DNA of 63,045 nt from NCBI RefSeq assembly GCF_001194135.2, contig NC_068984.1, positions 17,362,854 through 17,425,898 on the forward strand, in the 5' to 3' direction. Every line of letters begins with the position of its first letter. The first letter of the stretch is position 1. Made by a program: the position numbers and the translations under genes. Under the pieces are notes generated by a model. The model was not told the origin of the DNA. It worked only from the letters and a program-made list of their open reading frames with translations, and did no database searches. This document shows, one piece after another, positions 37,576 to 50,372 of this stretch. The stretch comes from Octopus bimaculoides. Taxonomy: Eukaryota.

Positions 37576-38774
37576 CTTTAGAGGCAAGCTGTATGTTTGC
37601 GTGTCTGTGTTTGTCCCCCTCAACATCACTTGACAACCAATGTTGGTGTTTACATCTCCGTAACATAGTAGTTTGGCAAAAGAGACTGATACAATAAATA
37701 CTAGGGTTACAAAAATAAGTCCTGGGATCTATTTTCTCGACTAAAGGCGGGCTCCAGCATGGCCACAGTCAAATGACTGAAACAAATAAAAGAATATATA
37801 TATGTGTGTGTGTATGTGTGTGTGTATGTGTATGTGTGTCTCCTCCACCACCCTCTTGACAATAGGTGTTAATTTGTTTGCATTTTTGTGATTTAGATGT
37901 ATGGCAAGAGTGATCGATAGAATAAGTACCAGACTCGAAAAAATGTATTGGGGTTGAAATTGATTTGTTCGACTAAAACCCTTCGAAGTGGTGCTCCAGA
38001 ATGGCCACAGTCAATGAGGGAATCAAGTAAAAGAAAGATAAAAGAAAGAAAGTAAAGCATGTTTTAGTTTATTTGAGGAAAAAAAAACAATGACCAAAGT
38101 TTAACTACACCANNNNNNNNNNNNNNNNNNNNNNNNNNNNNNNNNNNNNNNNNNNNNNNNNNNNNNNNNNNNNNNNNNNNNNNNNNNNNNNNNNNNNNNN
38201 NNNNNNNNNNNNNNNNNNNNNNNNNNNNNNNNNNNNNNNNNNNNNNNNNNNNNNNNNNNNNNNNNNNNNNNNNNNNNNNNNNNNNNNNNNNNNNNNNNNN
38301 NNNNNNNNNNNNNNNNNNNNNNNNNNNNNNNNNNNNNNNNNNNNNNNNNNNNNNNNNNNNNNNNNNNNNNNNNNNNNNNNNNNNNNNNNNNNNNNNNNNN
38401 NNNNNNNNNNNNNNNNNNNNNNNNNNNNNNNNNNNNNNNNNNNNNNNNNNACCACCACCACCACCACCACCACCGCCACCGCCGCTGCCGCCGCTACCAC
38501 CGTCACCACCACCATCACCGCCAGCATTAGTATTATGATCAACCGCAACTGAAACATCTTGGTGGAAAGCTATATTAATGCTGTGACAAACAAACCATTC
38601 CACTCTTACCATTTCTATTATTTCACACTGCTGCTCTCATATGCTAGTGATGGTGCAGCTACACGGTTGCTTGATGTGCTAGAAGTAGCAGCTAAATCCT
38701 TCTCAAACAACTCATTGTTATCTTCAAAAAGGAAGAACACATCAGACTGTACTATGCTTAGAGTGACAGAGGGA

Positions 38775-38963
38775 GATGATAGATAGATAGATAGATAGAT
38801 AGAGGGAGAGTGAGAGAGATGGAGAGAGAGGGGAGAGATATAATAAATAGATAGATAGATAGAGGGAGAGAGAGAGAGAGGGGAGAGAAGGGGAGAGAGG
38901 GAGAGAGAGATAATAGACAGATCAATAGATAGCGGGAGAAAGAGATAATAGATAGATAGAGGG

Positions 38964-39025
<62 letters not shown>

Positions 39026-39242
39026 NNNNNNNNNNAGAGAGAGAAAGAGATAGAGAGAGAGAGAGAATAAATAGATAGATAGATAGAGGGAGAGAGATAA
39101 TAGATAGAGAGATAGAGGGAGAGTGAGAGAGATGGGGAGAGAGGGGGAGAGAGGAAGAGAGGGAGAGAGAGATAATAGATAGATAGAGGGAGAGAGAGAG
39201 AGAGAGACAGAAGNNNNNNNNNNAGAGAGGGAGAGAGAGATA

Positions 39243-39275
<33 letters not shown>

Positions 39276-39420
39276 CAGAGGAGAGAGAGGGAGAGGGGAG
39301 AGAGAGAGGGAGAGAGGGAGAGGGGAGAGAGAGGGGGAGAAGGAGAGAGGGAGAGAGAGAGAGAGAGATAATGGATAGATCGATAGATAGATAGAGGGAG
39401 AGAGAGAAGAAAAAAGGTGT
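38775..39420. repeat. Compound (AG)n/(ATAG)n microsatellite
   Basis: Direct reading. Confidence 0.95.
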
Positions 39421-39508
39421 GAGGATGTAGAATGGTCACAATCGGAATAGGGCTGACTTGAAGCTCAAAGACAACCATGATGATGACAGCAGCAGCAGCA
39501 GCAGAAGC

Positions 39509-39539
<31 letters not shown>

Positions 39540-39804
39540 CTTCTCTCACTATTCTGCCTCTGATTTAACAAATGGCTCAACAAGACTCCACAAAACCACA
39601 TCATATCCATCATTGTTATCATTCTGGTAAGATAACAGGGTAAAGCCCGCATTGGGTAGGATGAGAAAAGGGAGGAAGATAAGAAGAAATAAAAATAAAA
39701 TAGAATAAAATAAAATAAAGAGGATAAGATGAAATAATGTGAGGAAAGGAAGAAAATATAAGAAAGTGGAACCATAGAACACAGTAGCAGTAGNNNNNNN
39801 NNNC

Positions 39805-40090
39805 GATTTGACTGAGGACTGCTGAACCAGATGGCTGCACCAGCCTCCAACCTGATTTTGCAGAGTTTCTACAGCTGGATGCCTTTCGTAATGCCAACCA
39901 CTCCGAGAGTGTAGTGGGTGCTTTTACGTGCCACCTGCACACGGGGCCAGTCAGGCGGTACTGGCAATGGCCATGCTCAAAAGGGTGTATTTTATGTGCC
40001 ACCGGCACAGGACCCAGTCCAGTGGCACTGGCAACGACCTCGCTCGAATGTTTTTTCACGTGCCACTGGCACAAGTGCCAGGAAGGCAAT
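39805..40090 (-). mobile_element. RTE LINE 3'UTR copy
   Basis: Aligns with 56580-56880. Confidence 0.85.
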
Positions 40091-40101
40091 GCTCTTTATT
40101 A

Positions 40102-40132
<31 letters not shown>

Positions 40133-40164
40133 CAATATGTTGTTTTTTTTCTTCTTTCTTCAAG

Positions 40165-40241
40165 TTTTCTTCCATTTCTCGCTGAGTGTTTTCCGTACAC
40201 CTCATTGTATGCATTCCCAGTTTACACACGCAAATTCACAG
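40165..40241 (+). CDS. Weak candidate exon (FLPFLAECFPYTSLYAFPVYTRKFT)
   Basis: Long pyrimidine tract ending caag|, donor CAG|gtaaaa; phase-compatible with 40326-40384 across an 84-bp AT-rich GT..AG intron. Confidence 0.3.
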
Positions 40242-40325
40242 GTAAAATATGTATTTAAAAAAAATTTAATAAGTAAATAAATTCATGAATGGATGTTGTT
40301 TTCAAAGTGGTAATGCTCTTCTCAG

Positions 40326-40384
40326 TACATGAGTTGTTCCAGTTAACACAATCTTTTGCACTTCCTGTAGGGATGGGAAGCCTG
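40326..40384 (+). CDS. Weak candidate exon (HELFQLTQSFALPVGMGSL)
   Basis: Acceptor aatgctcttctcag|, donor CTG|gtatca, phase 1 to 0. Confidence 0.3.
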
Positions 40385-40433
40385 GTATCATTTTTAAATA
40401 GGTTTCAGTACCTTTTTTTTATCATTCCTAGAG

Positions 40434-40469
<36 letters not shown>

Positions 40470-40472
<3 letters not shown>

Positions 40473-40685
40473 TAGTTTTATTTTTATAACGTGCTTTCAC
40501 TTCACTACCGAGCGCAGCTCTGTGCGCCTTGGGTATGTGCTGTGGTTTGCTGTGGTGCTCTTATGTTTACTGTATTGAAAGTGTTTTGCGTAGAATGTGT
40601 GCAGTACCCAGTAGTGCAATTTTCTGTATGTCATATATATTTGTAAGTCCTGCTATTTTTGTTATGTATTTGTCTGAATATTTTT
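40470..40685 (-). mobile_element. Third R4/Dong-like 3' remnant
   Basis: KYSDKYITKIAGLTNIYDIQKIALLGTAHILRKTLSIQ*, then a 3'UTR and (AAT)n on the minus strand. Confidence 0.8.
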
Positions 40686-41058
40686 NNNNNNNNNNNNNNN
40701 NNNNNNNNNNNNNNNNNNNNNNNNNNNNNNNNNNNNNNNNNNNNNNNNNNNNNNNNNNNNNNNNNNNNNNNNNNNNNNNNNNNNNNNNNNNNNNNNNNNN
40801 NNNNNNNNNNNNNNNNNNNNNNNNNNNNNNNNNNNNNNNNNNNNNNNNNNNNNNNNNNNNNNNNNNNNNNNNNNNNNNNNNNNNNNNNNNNNNNNNNNNN
40901 NNNNNNNNNNNNNNNNNNNNNNNNNNNNNNNNNNNNNNNNNNNNNNNNNNNNNNNNNNNNNNNNNNNNNNNNNNNNNNNNNNNNNNNNNNNNNNNNNNNN
41001 NNNNNNNNNNNNNNNNNNNNNNNNNNNNNNNNNNNNNNNNNNNNNNNNNTTTTCTCTC

Positions 41059-41119
<61 letters not shown>

Positions 41120-42599
41120 TTTATTATTGAATGTCTGTTTTCCATGCTGGCATGGGTTGGATGGTTTGACAGGAGCTGGAAAAGCCAGGATCCACACCAG
41201 ATTCTTTAGTCTGCTTTGGCTGGATGCTCTTCCTGATGCCAACCACTTTACAGAGTGTACTGGGTGCTTTTTAGGTGACACCACAAGGGAGCTTTTACAT
41301 GGCACCACCCCCAGTGCTTTTTATAATACATGGCACCAAACCCAGTGCTTTTAATATGGTACCATCACCAGCGTGTTTTGTGGCACCATCACTAGTGCTT
41401 TTTATGAGGCACCAGTGCAAGTTTTAAAGGTTCATGGATATAAAAGACTTAAGAGATTTAAAAGTTTTAAACTCTTTAAAAAGTTTTGAAAGTTTAAGGA
41501 TTTAAAAAAAACGTTTGTTGATATAAACTATAACGTAATCCTTATTGCTTCCACCATTATCATTGTGAACAATTTGGCTAATAAAGTCTCAATGCTTAAC
41601 AACTGGCTTGGTAGAAACCCACAAGAATGCCCACCATTTTTTCCATTCCAGCAACAACTTAAACCTCCTTTCTGAATTCAGTATCTCTACCATCAATGGA
41701 GATGCTGATAAAATCACAACACAACACCTATTGTTTTTGGAGACATTTTGTCATTCTCAGGATTGTCAAAGTATAGAATAAACTACCAACATCAGTTGCC
41801 AACAGTCAAAACCCTGCATCCTCCAAAACTTCCATGCTTCTTGAAAATCACCACCACTACTGCTAACATGCTTATGCACATTTCTCTTCATGACTCTTTT
41901 ATTGTTAATTTTTCTTTTTTGTGTTTTATTCCATGTTCTGCGCATATACTTTTGACTTTCATTGCTGTCTTTTCTTTTATTTGGCTTATTGTCACTTTCC
42001 GTTCCTCCTTTTACCATTTTCCTATGATGGTTAGTGCATCTGAGCACTAATATAATAAGCTCATTACCTCTTAGTGAAGGCAGAGGTATTGTTTTCAACC
42101 CATCTTGCTCAAAAAGTCCCTGAATAAGGGTTGTTTATGGATGTTGAACGGAACACCCATGTTTCCAATGCTCCCCCAGTACTTCTGCTTGTGATTGGAG
42201 ATGCACATATCATCAGCTACTAAGGGACATGCTTATTATTATTATTATTATTATTATTATCAAAGCAGTGAGCTGGCAGTATCGTTAGCATGTTGGGAAA
42301 AATGCTTAGCAGCATTTTGCCCATCTGTATGTTTTGAGTTCAAATTCCGCCAGGGTTGACTTTGCCTTTCATTCTTTCAGGATCAATAAAATAAGTACCA
42401 GTTGAGTACTGGGGTCGATGTAATCGACTTCTCCCTGCCTCCAAAACCGCAGGCCTTGTACTTATAATAGAAAGCATCATTATTATTATTATTATTTTGG
42501 CCATCAATGCCATCTACAGTTACCCAAAAAGGGAGTTTCTATAGGATCACTTGACCTGTCAGAAATAGCTGCCAAATTTTCCTTAAAAGACATTCTACA

Positions 42600-42935
42600 T
42601 CATCATCATCGTTTAACGTCCGCTTTCCATGCTAGCATGGGTTGGACGATTTGACTGAGGACTGGTGAAACCGGATGGCAACACCAGGCTCCAACCTGAT
42701 TTGGCAGAGTTTCTACAGCTGGATGCCCTTCCTAATGCCAACCACTCCGAGAGTGTAGTGGATGCTTTTACGTGCTACCTGCACGAAGGCCAGTCAGGTG
42801 GTACTGGCAATGGCCACGCTCAAAATGGTGTATTTTATGTGCCACCCGCACAAGAGCCAGTCCAGGGGCACTGGCAACGATCTCGCTTGAAAATCCTTAC
42901 ACATGTCACGGGCACAAGTGCAAGACAGGCGACGC
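42600..42935 (-). mobile_element. RTE LINE 3'UTR copy
   Basis: Near-identical to the reverse complement of 56074-56345 and 59143-59378. Confidence 0.85.
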
Positions 42936-43704
42936 TGGGTACAGGTGCTATCCCAGGATGGTCATGGCTGAAATGCCTGTCTTCATAGGTCTGCACAAGC
43001 AAGGTTGACCTGTAACAAAACAATAGCGCAATCAGTGACAGAATTACTGCGACAACCATTCTGTAGCATTGTACAATGCCACAACTAAATGAAGTCAGCA
43101 ATGCTATTAAGTTGGATACCAAACCAAATTTCTTGTCCCTTGAAGAAGGGAAAGAAAGAAAAGATGATAACAAGCGTAATAAATTTCCTTAGAAAAACCA
43201 ATCATGGTGTTGGAAATATTTGCTTGTATTGGTGCCAAATATATAATTACAAAACTATTGATGCCTACCACATTAGTTTACATATAAATATGACTATAAT
43301 TCACCCCGGTCCCACCTACATCACCATTCAGTCTGTTTTTTAAAAATTTATTTATAAATGGAGAGGAAACACAAACAACTCTACGAACAATACATTATTA
43401 AGGTCAGGTTATGATAAGTAACTCTTAATAATTATATCTTTGGGACCTTCATTGTAAATTTTAGCATTAGTTTTTATGTCTGTGGAGACCATAATGCCCA
43501 TTTTGATTACTAGTGACCCTGTCTTTTAAATTGATAATAATTGTTTCAGTTAGTTTGCTTATTGAAAATTCATGATGTCTGTCATTGACATTTATGATAT
43601 TTATCTTTGATGTGAAGCATATCAGAACCCCCCTCTCTCTCTCTCTCTCTTTCTCCCTGCCCTTCTTTCTCTGTTGTTAGGATACTAGTGAATATTAGCC
43701 AATA

Positions 43705-44040
43705 GGCATATGCGATAAGGTATCTTGTTTACTGAGATAATTCAAAAACAAAGCAGACTGAATGATGTCATTGCAGAATACCAAAAGCACAAGTTCTGCT
43801 GGGCCGGACATGCCACAATGGTGGACAGGTGGACCTGTGGAATTACTGAGTGGTATCCAAGAGATCAGAAAAGGCCCATGCCCATTGGAAAGCCTCCACG
43901 ATGATGGGAAGATGATTTGGTCAAGCAATTAGGGCCAAGATGGAAAAGAATGGTGTAATCAAGACAGAATTGGAAGCGCATTGTGACCAGCAGTGTATAA
44001 CAACATCTGATGGTCTGGTCAATAAATACTGCAATACTAT
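43705..44040 (+). pseudogene. RTE-clade LINE 3' ORF fragment (second RTE family)
   Basis: SRLNDVIAEYQKHKFCWAGHATMVDRWTCGITEWYPRDQKRP..GKPPR*WEDDLVKQLGPRWKR (WAGH...RP.GRP..RW motif). Confidence 0.8.
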
Positions 44041-44424
44041 GATCTTTAATGTGAAGCACATCGAAAATCTCTCTTTCTCTTTCTCTCTTCTTGGTCCTCT
44101 TTGTTGTTAGGATGCTAATCAATATAAGCCAATTAGCGAAGATGCATGGCATAGTGGTTAGGATGTTGGACTCATGATTGTAAGATTATGGTTTCAATTC
44201 CTGGACCGAGCGACATGTTGTATTTTTGAGTAAAACACATCGTTTCACATTGCACCAGTCCACTCAGCTGGTGGAAATGTGTAATCCTGTGACGGACCAG
44301 CGTCTCGTCCAGGCAGGGAATATATACACCATGTAATCAGGAAACCAGCCCTTATGTGTTGGTATGACTCACGCAAGAAAAAAAAAAAAATGAAAGCCAA
44401 TCCACATCATCATCATCATCATCA

Positions 44425-44765
44425 TCGTTTCAGTCCCACTGCATGGCACCTTGGGCAAGTGTCTCCTACTATAGCCTTGTGAGTGGCTTTGGGAGACGGA
44501 AACTGGAAGAAGCCCGTCGTATATATGTATATATATATATATATGTATGTGTGTGTATATGTTTGTGTGTCTGTGTTTGTCCCCACCAACATTGCTTGAC
44601 AACCGATGCTAGTGTGTTTACGTCCCCGTCACTTAGCGGTTCGGCAAGAGTGACCGATAGAATAAGTACTAGGCTTACAAAGAATAAGTCCTGGGGTCGA
44701 TTTGCTCGACAAGAGGCGGTACTCCAGCATGGCCGCAGTCAAATGACTGAAACAAATAAAAAGAA
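44425..44765 (+). mobile_element. SINE family A, young copy
   Basis: CpG-rich, close to the other family A copies. Confidence 0.85.
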
Positions 44766-45559
44766 AAAAAAAAGAATATGTTATATATATTTTATATATT
44801 ATATTTTATCTATATATTTTATATATATTTTATATATATGTTTTATATATATTTTTCATATATATTTTACATATTATATTTTATATATTATATTTCATTT
44901 ATATATTTTGTATAAATGTTCTATATATATATCTTATATATATATTTTATCTATATATTTTATATACATTTTCTATATTTGTTATATATATATTTTAAAT
45001 ATATTTTATGTATTATATTTCATCTATATATCTTATGTGGATGTGCAATGACTCAAGGTAGTGGATGCGTGGTTATAGAATCACGAGACCGTGGCTCCAG
45101 TAGGTGGGGCTGGTGGCAAACTCCACTGTACTCTTTCACCACAACTTTCTCTCACTCTTTCTTCCTGTTTCTGTCACAATCTGTGTCACATTGAATCTCC
45201 CTAAGAACTATGTTAAGGGTATACATATCTGTGGAGTGCTTACATGTTAATTTCACAAGCAGGCTGTTCCGTTGATTGGCTCAACTGGAACCCTCATCGT
45301 CGTAACCAACGGAGTGCCACAATATATTTTATTTCATATATCATATTTTACCTACATATTTTATATATACATTTTAAATATTGTATTTTACCTACATATT
45401 TTATATGTATTATATATATATATTTTATACATTATATTTTATATATATCTTATTTAGATATTATATATAGTATATATATATATATTATGATGATGATGAT
45501 GATAATATATTTTACCTGTATAATTTTTACCTACTATATTTTCTTACCTCCACAGATTA

Positions 45560-45775
45560 AATATAGCTTTGTGTTCAAATTGATGGCAGTGTGGCGTCAT
45601 TGCATCAGGTTCACATAAATCTTGCAAAGCGCATCGATTTTTGCATCACAAATGGTGGAAATCATATTGAAGATGTTATTTGTTGATATTCCAATTGAAT
45701 AAAATGTTGAAAATTCTTCATGTATTTCTTGAAAATATACATTTTGCCTATGTGTTCAGAATTTAGGGACACCCC
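45560..45775 (+). pseudogene. 3' end of a Tc1/mariner-superfamily transposase with a possible right TIR
   Basis: VQIDGSVASLHQVHINLAKRIDFCITNGGNHIEDVIC*; terminus GTGTTCAGAATTTAGGGACACCC. Confidence 0.5.
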
Positions 45776-46769
45776 AAAGAATTCTTGCCTGATTATGTCC
45801 TGGCTATGACTTTACACTGCATCCAGCAGTGTGGGCCCCTGGTTTGGAAGTTCTAGGGTTTTGACAAATGTGGAACCCCTTTTAGCCACTATTGTTCCCA
45901 GGTTTAATCTGACCCGGAGTAGTAGTACATGTTAGGGTTCCAAGTATGGATTAATTAACATATCATAAAACTGCCTCTGGAAGAAGGTCACTTACAGAAA
46001 CCCTACCTAGGGCAGATGAGATCTTTTAGCTTTTTAGCCGCTCATCTAAGAGAATATAACCCAATACAGATCCTGCCTCCTGATAACAACTGGGCTCATG
46101 GTACTTATTGCACCAGAGCAATACAAGCTGGGAGGATGAAAAAGTGGAACTGGTCCTGCACAAACCATGCCCCATTAAAATGGCAAACCCCTGCCACCTA
46201 GTGGGGTCATTTATTAAGCATCTAAAGAAGGTTATTGGAGTAAACCTCTACATAGGCACAGGTGTGGCTATGTGGTAAGAAGCTTGCTTCCCAACCACAT
46301 GGTTCCGTGTGCAGTCCCACTGCATGGCCTTGTGAGGAGATTTGATAGACGGAAACTGAAAGAAGCCCATTGTATATATCTATATATATACTGAGGGTGA
46401 TAAATTGAATATTAATTTAATTAACATCAATTTAAAACCAATGGCCTAGCATATAAAAAATCTGAAAATTCAGANNNNNNNNNNAAATTGAATATTAATT
46501 TAATTAACATCAATTTAAAACCAATGGCCTAGCATATAAAAAATCTGAAAATTCAGAAAAATTGTATTACATGCGTATAAGAAGGGATGACCACTAAGTG
46601 GACATCCAATAAGCTAGAAAAAGATCATCAACGACCCAACCACAAAGAAAATAATGTTCTCTAGAAAAAATTCATACTGACACCAGATTTTGTAAGAATC
46701 AGTGAAATACCCATTGAGATATTTAGTTATGGAGAGAACAGGCTGAAATTATTTTGGGCCCACTTTACC

Positions 46770-48128
46770 ATGTCTTCCCAAATAAACTATGTTGAGAGGG
46801 CTGAGATCATCCAAGCTTTCAGTAATGGTATCAACATTCATTCTCTGGTTTCCCTCTTCAATGTCCATTCAAGAACCATCAAGAGAATTGTGAATAAGTT
46901 CGAGAAAGAGGAAATAGTGGAAAGGAAAACTGGATCAGGAGGTCATAACTGCAAGAGGGATCGTCATTTCAATCTAGAGTTGAAGAGATCAACAAGAAGA
47001 GATCCAAATCAATCCATAAGACGTTTGGCACGTAAGAGAGGAGTTTTGGCTCTGAGAGTTCCAAGAACAGTGGCAGAAGATATGAAAATGAAATTGTACT
47101 GAGACATGTGAGGCACTTTGTTACTCCAAGACAAAAGGTTAGTAGGTTGGAGAGGGTGAGGATCATGTTGAACAAGGTGAAGAATAATCCTGGGGGTGAT
47201 CTTTTACTCAGATGAAAAGAATTTCATGTAAGATATACACACAAACAGACACAGCAACTGCATTCTGGTTTCACCTCCTCGTGAGAGGGCCAAAAGTGTT
47301 ATTTTCAGATGCAAAACACCACCAAAGTGATGATTTTTGCCTGTGTGGCCTGTGATGACAAGAAGATGCCATTGATCATCTTTGAGAAGGCTGAGAGATT
47401 GACAGGAATTTATGTTCAGGTTTTGAAAGATGTAAAGACCTGGGAGGTAACAAAGGAAACTCCAACAAGATCACTAAGAACATTCCAGCAAGACGGGGCT
47501 CCTTGTCACACAAGCGCAGTGGCTCAAAAATTTCTCAGGGATGATTTTGGGAACAAGTTTGGGGGTAAGGACACTTGACCTCCTTCACCACCTGAGTTGA
47601 ACCCTTTAGACTTCAGCATCTGAAATGAACTGGTCAGAAAAAAGCTTGTGAGAAGCCCTATAGTAACCTACAAGCTCTCAAAATCTCCATCTGTAGGATG
47701 TAGGAGGAAGACATTGATGAAGAATTCATTAAGAAAGCTTGTAGTGGAGTCAGGAAGAAGGTTGAGGAAGGCATTGCCAAAAGAGGAGAAACTCTTGGTG
47801 CCTAACAAGTAGAATTTCAGAAAAATTGTCCCTGCTACTTTGAAATAAAGCTTTAAGCTTCCATTCGAACTTTATTCCAATTATTTATGAGCTCTTAGTC
47901 CTGAGTTATGGTTAATTATTTATGAAAATATCATTTTCGTCCATGATCAACTTCATCACGATTCTTCTGGTAAGCTTGGAGAGGAATCAGCAATTTTTCT
48001 TGCTCAAAGTAGAGTCTAATAGTGTTGGAAAATCCTCTGATACTACCATTAAGCTATCTTTAAGTATTCCTGAAATACAAAGGTTCAAACCTAATCTAAA
48101 ATTTGGACAATTTTACTGATGTACCCGG
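46770..48128 (+). pseudogene. maT-like Tc1/mariner transposase pseudogene (DD38D spacing) with right TIR
   Basis: HTH region MSSQINYVERAEIIQAF...RKTGSGGHN; FYSDEKNF; FQQDGAPCH...*PPSPPELNPLDFSI*; ends GATGTACCCGG|TA. Confidence 0.85.
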
Positions 48129-48139
48129 TATTATATATA

Positions 48140-48236
48140 TAGGGAAAATTCACAAAAAAAAACAACAGATGAAGACAGGTGGTGTAGAAAACAAACAGAT
48201 GTATTAGTATAACGCTCAGGAATTGAAAAAGTTTTT
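48140..48236 (-). mobile_element. Fragment of the same Penelope-like terminal family as 37240-37575
   Basis: GATGAAGACAGGTGGTGTAGAAAACAAACAGATGTATTAGTATAACGCTCAGG matches 37438-37490; truncated before the motif; abuts (TA)n. Confidence 0.6.
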
Positions 48237-48264
48237 ATATATATGTGCATGTGTGTGTGTGAAA

Positions 48265-48600
48265 GCACATGGTTCAGTGACTTAGTGGTTTGATGGTTTA
48301 GTGGTTAGGGTGTTTGGTTCACAGTTGTAACTTTGATTCCTGGTAGCATGTTGTATTCTTGAACAAAACACTTTATTTCTTGTTGTTCCAGTCCACTCAG
48401 CCAGCAAAAATGAGTTGTACCTGTATTTCAAAGGCCCAACTTTGCCACACTGTGTCATCTTTAATCTCATTGAAAACTACATTAAGGGTACATATGTCTG
48501 TGGAATACTCAGCCACTTGCATGTTAATTTCATAAGCAGCCTGTTCTGTTGATTGGATCAACCGGAGCCCTTGTGATTGTAATTGATAGAGTGCCAGTTA
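48265..48600 (+). mobile_element. tRNA-headed SINE family B
   Basis: Aligns with 2046-2308. Confidence 0.8.
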
Positions 48601-49438
48601 TTTATATATACATGTATATGAATGGCTTCTTTCTGTTTCTGTCTACCAAATCCACTCACAAAGCTTTGGTTGGCGTGAGCCTAAGGTAGAAGACATTTGT
48701 CCAAAGTGCCATGCAGTGGAAGTGAACTTAGAATCACGTGGTTAGGAAGTCAACTTTTTATCATACAGGCACACCTGCACCTAGTGCATATTTTGTTCAG
48801 ATAATATATCTTGGATTACACTATCCAATATAACCTTTATTTCTTTAAAGACATCAACAGTGTATGATTTGAGAAAAATTTAGCTATTATTTCTAGCAGG
48901 TCAAGTGACGAGACAACAGACCCCCCTGTGTAGCTCAGCAACGACATTGCATAGCAATTTACTATTTCTGCCAATTTATTGGTCTACATCAATTTGTTGA
49001 TGTCTAGTTGTTATATCCTATAGAGCTTCCACATTATTATTGATCATTGACAACATGTAATGTTAATTTGCAAGAAGAGTTTTAGACTACAAATAAATGA
49101 ATAAATAAAATGAAATAAAAAATAAAGAAATTGAAAAAAAAAAAAGAAAAAAAATTTCAGTCTTGTCAAATTCAATTGAAATTCTGTTGCAAATTTTTTA
49201 TTCATTTATATACGGTGACAGTTTGGAGGATTTCTGTGTTTCAAATTCAAAGTGATTCTGTGAAATATATGAGACATTTTTGCTGTCATTGAAAATAGGA
49301 CTAATTTACTACAGGTGAGAATTTCAATAACTGCAGATACATCAAATATAATTGAACAGCTTGAATCACTGAACAAGATGTTTTCAGATATTTGTGATTT
49401 GCAGACATGCACTGACCATGTTCTCCAATCATCTAAAA

Positions 49439-49687
49439 CAATGGTTCTCAAATGACCCTTAGGGGCCCATAGAAGATTTTGATGTTAAAATTTATAGGCA
49501 ATATATTGGTTATACACCTACAATACACAGAGTATTGTTGAAATATGTTTATATAATTCCTAATAATATTTCATTATAAAAATATGTGATTTTAAGAAAA
49601 AAAAACACGCTGAACGGCTATGAGGGTCCACCTGAGTAAAGTAGGAATCAAAAGGGTCCATAGGTAAAAAAAATGGTTGAGAGCATC
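49439..49687. mobile_element. Probable hAT-type MITE
   Basis: CAATGGTTCTCAA ... GGTTGAGAGCA termini resembling CAGTGGTTCTCAA-type TIRs; no TSD confirmed. Confidence 0.4.
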
Positions 49688-49703
49688 ATCATCATCATCG
49701 TTG

Positions 49704-49736
<33 letters not shown>

Positions 49737-49814
49737 CCATCACCACCATCATCATCGTCATCATCATCATCGTCATCATCATCATCATCACCATCACCAC
49801 CATCATCATCGTCG

Positions 49815-49846
<32 letters not shown>

Positions 49847-49847
49847 G

Positions 49848-49882
<35 letters not shown>

Positions 49883-49890
49883 GTCATCAC

Positions 49891-49939
<49 letters not shown>

Positions 49940-49975
49940 GTCATCATCATCGTCATCGTCGTCGTCGTCATCGTC
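49681..49975. repeat. (CAT)n microsatellite, the tail of an adjacent RTE 3'UTR copy
   Basis: Direct reading. Confidence 0.95.
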
Positions 49976-50372
49976 GTTTAACATTCACTTTCCAAGCTGG
50001 CATGGGTTAGACAGTTTGCCTGAGGGCTGCACCAGGCTCCAATCTGATCTGGCAATGTTTCTACAGCTGGATGCCCTTCCTAACGCCAACCACTCCGTGA
50101 GTGTAGTGGGTGCTTTTTACATGCCACCGGCACGAGGGCCAGTCAGGCAGTACTGGCATTGGCCATGCTTGGATGGTGCTTTTTACATGTCACTGGCACA
50201 GGAGCCAGTCAGGCGGCACTGGCAACAATCATGTTTGAATGTTGCTTTTTACATGTCACCGGCACGGGACCAGTCAGGCAGCACTGGCATCGACCACACT
50301 CAAATGGTGCTCTTTACATGCCTCTGGCACAGGTTCCAATCAGGCAGTACTGTCATCAGCCATGACAACGAC
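49972..50372 (-). mobile_element. RTE-type 3'UTR copy with several ~58 bp subrepeats
   Basis: Repeated TTTTACATG(C/T)CAC..GCAC..G..CAGTCAGGC.G.ACTGGCA units. Confidence 0.8.
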
